Positions 61,027 to 64,000 of a DNA stretch of 64,000 nt are shown piece after piece. Below the pieces are notes generated by a model. The model made no database searches, was not told the origin of the DNA, and saw only the letters and a program-made list of their open reading frames with translations. The number at the start of each line of letters is the position of its first letter. Positions within the stretch are counted from its first letter, which is position 1. Both the position numbers and the translations under genes were made by a program. This stretch comes from the human T2T-CHM13v2.0 reference genome, Homo sapiens. The DNA is taken from NCBI RefSeq assembly GCF_009914755.1, contig NC_060934.1; one strand, written 5' to 3'.

Positions 61027-64000
61027 GAGACGGAGTCTCGCCCTGTTGCCCAGGCTGGAGTGCAGTGACACAATCTCAGCTCACTGCAAACTCCACCTCC
61101 CAGATTCAAGCAATTCTTCCATCTGTCTCCCGAGTAGCTGGGATTACAGGCATACACCATCATGCCTGGCTAGTTTTTTGTATTTTCAGTAGAGACGGGG
61201 TTTCACCATGTTGGCCAGGCTGGTCTCGAACTCCTGACCTCAGGTGATCCACCCACCTCGGCCTCCCAAAGTGCTGGAATTACAGGTGTGAGCCACCACG
61301 CTCGGCCCCGATTTATTTATTTATTTTTTGAGACAGAGTCTCGCTCTGTTGCTCAGGCTGAAGTACAGTGGCACAATCTCAGCTCACTGCAACCTCTGCC
61401 TCTCAGGTTCAAGCAATTGTCGTGCCTCAGCCTCCCGAGTAGCTGGGACTACAGGCATGCACCACTATGATCAGCTAATTTTTGTATCTTCAGTAGAGAT
61501 GCGGTTGTGCCATGTTGGCCAGGCAGGTATCGAACTCCTGGCTTCAAGTGATCCACCTGCCTCGGCCTCCGTAAGTGCTGGGATTTCAGGCGTGAGCCAC
61601 CGGCGCCCCGCCAGGCCAATTAATTTTATTTCAGACTACCTTCACCCACAACTGCAGAGTCTCAGAATCTACCTTTTCACAAGCACCCCACCAATTCTGA
61701 TCAAGTTCTACTCAAATAGAACACGAGGTAATGTTCTGGTTTCAAGAGGGAGACTAAATAAAATACATGTTTACTTTCATTTCCTCTTATCATATTAATG
61801 TATTTAACATTTACTGAACACCTACCACATGCCAAGAACTGTTACAAGTACTAGAATTTGTGTAGTTAACAAACCAAGTCCCTGCCTTCGGGGAGCTTCA
61901 ACCAAGGAATGAAGTTATCCATTTTTAAAAAATAAAATATATCCCTGGGTATAAGAAATGTGGATTTTAAAGGACATCCTAATCCCTGTCATTTTACTGA
62001 AAATGCTCAAAGGCAACTATTGTAAAACAGGACCATTTGCCCAACATTCTAATACACAAGTAGAACCCATATTGCTAAATAAAAACATACCTTAAAGGAA
62101 ATTGAAAACAAACTATCAGGGCCATCTATCAGCAAACATGTTGGTAATATTTCATTTTCAATAGGCTGGTAAGTCTCCTGGTAAGTCTTCTAGTCTTGAT
62201 AAAGTGTACACAGTCTTAAACCAGGAACATATTACATATCAACACCCCACCCGATTATCCATTCATGGCTTACTACACCTGCCCAGAATTGTCTAGTCTC
62301 AGGTTAATGTGCTCCTGAATCAAGGACTTATCCCTCCTTCATCATCCTTCGTCACTTTTTCCCCAATCTGAACCCTTATTAAACAAAGTATGAGTTATGC
62401 CATCTGCTAAAATATAACCTAGCCAGAGAAAATTAAAAATGTTTTTCAAGTTTAGTCCTCTTCAAAAAGTAGCAAGCTAAGATGATTAAATGTGTAGTCT
62501 CATTTTTAAAAAAGCTGTTAAGACTTACACATTAGCTTTATTTTTGTGAGCAAAAGCAATCGTACAAACCCAATATGGAACAACTCAATTCTTAACTTGT
62601 AACCAGTAAAGTGAACTGAATGTGAAAACCTGAAATTTATACAATAATTCTCAGAACATGCACAGTTGCATATGGCTACGTATTTCATGCTTTATTTTGT
62701 CTAGATGGTTTCAGACTTCTCTTTGCTGGTATACCAAAACGTAAGGAAGAAAGATAAAGGACCAGGAAAAAAAATTACACTTGGGCAAGTTATGGTATCT
62801 GCTGATTTTATACAGCAAAATCTGGTTTACCTTAACAATGCTGTAATTCTATAGCACCATGACAACCAGGCTTTTTGCAAAACTCTTGTCAGTTCCCAAG
62901 AAGGAAGGAAAGTGAAAAGAGGAGACCCACGGGCAAGCTAAGCCTCGCTGGAAGATCAACAACTGGACAGCTCACTCCTGAGATTCCTTTCCAGCATACA
63001 GTCGCCCTGGCTTTCCTCAAACGCTATCCAAAAGCACTTCAGTTTGATTCATGTTTGCAAACTTTCCAAGCTGACTCCAAGACGTTATTAGATGTGGATC
63101 ACTCCCAGAGGAACATCTCAGAGAAACAATGGTTAGTGAATTCTTTAAAGTGCAATAAATTGGAACAGACAAAATTCGGCATATGTATTTTGAGTTGGAA
63201 AGTTAAGGAAATAATTTATTGAACATACTTCTTTTGTCCGCTGTTACTCTGATATTCTTGTTTAAAAACCAAGCCATCAAAGTTATGTAGATCATGTCTC
63301 TCTCTTCCCCCAAACAAAAGCTTAATTCTTTTTTTTTTTTTTTTTTTGAGACAGAGTCTCGCTCTGTTGCCCAGGCTGGAATGCAGTGGCATGATCTCAG
63401 CTCACTGCAAGCTCCGCCTCCCGGTTCAAGGGATTCTCCTGCTTCAGCCTCCCGAGTAGCTGGGACTACAGGCGCCTGCCACCACGCCTGGCTAATTTTT
63501 TGTATTTTTAGTAGAGATGGGGTTTTACCGTGTTAGGCAGGATGGTCTCGATCTCCTGACCTTGTGATCCGCCCGCCTTGGCCTCTCAAAGTGCTGGGAT
63601 TACAGGCGTGAGCCACCACGCCCGGCCACAAAAGCTTAATTCTATTAAAAAGTCAATTGCTATCAGTGCCTTTTATCCCCCTTAAAATAAAAACAACAAA
63701 TTATATAGATTTCATCTACCCCTATTTCCCAGATATAAATTAAATTTCTTCCACATTTAGGCAATTCCAAAACTAAAAGTCATCTTTGCCCATAAAAGAA
63801 ATATTTGCACAAAGTAGCTTATGAATTATAGTACCTGGCCTTTCTACACTATCTTTCAAAATAAAATCAGTAAGTAGAAAATAGGAGCCCAGGTTTCATA
63901 CTAATATTGCATTTAAATTTTTTTTTATTGTATTTTAGAGACAGAGATTCACACTCTGTCAGCCAGGCTGGAGTGGCACAATCATGGCTCACTGTAGCTT

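Noticed and set aside
61620-64000. Coding exons of TIAL1
   Set aside because: No RRM or Q-rich coding sequence seen, so it is not called as a feature.

Overview
Alu-dense hominid (very probably human) genomic DNA carrying the 5' part of RGS10 on the minus strand. Visible parts are the CpG-island promoter, coding exon 1a (ATG 34239), an alternative mini first exon 1b (ATG 28069), and exons 2, 3 and 4 (19023-18905, 17717-17631, 7243-7100). All have GT-AG boundaries and splice in frame to give 133 codons of the RGS domain protein; the last exon lies left of the window. Upstream of the gene (35.5-64 kb) is repeat-rich sequence: Alu, old L1/HAL1, two ERV1 solo LTRs and a complete SVA. The least obvious element is an old, intronless retrocopy of DPPA3 (STELLA/PGC7) at about 52250-56190 (minus strand). 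It still reads as one open frame from its ATG and has had Alus and the SVA nested into it. Other notable structures are a ~1 kb inverted repeat (MER96B-like MITE plus two mirror-inserted Alus) near exon 2, an in-frame non-AUG poly-Leu 5' extension of RGS10, a G-rich intronic VNTR, and a templated fold-back junction at an Alu 5' end. Gene and repeat-family names come from recall and were not database-verified.
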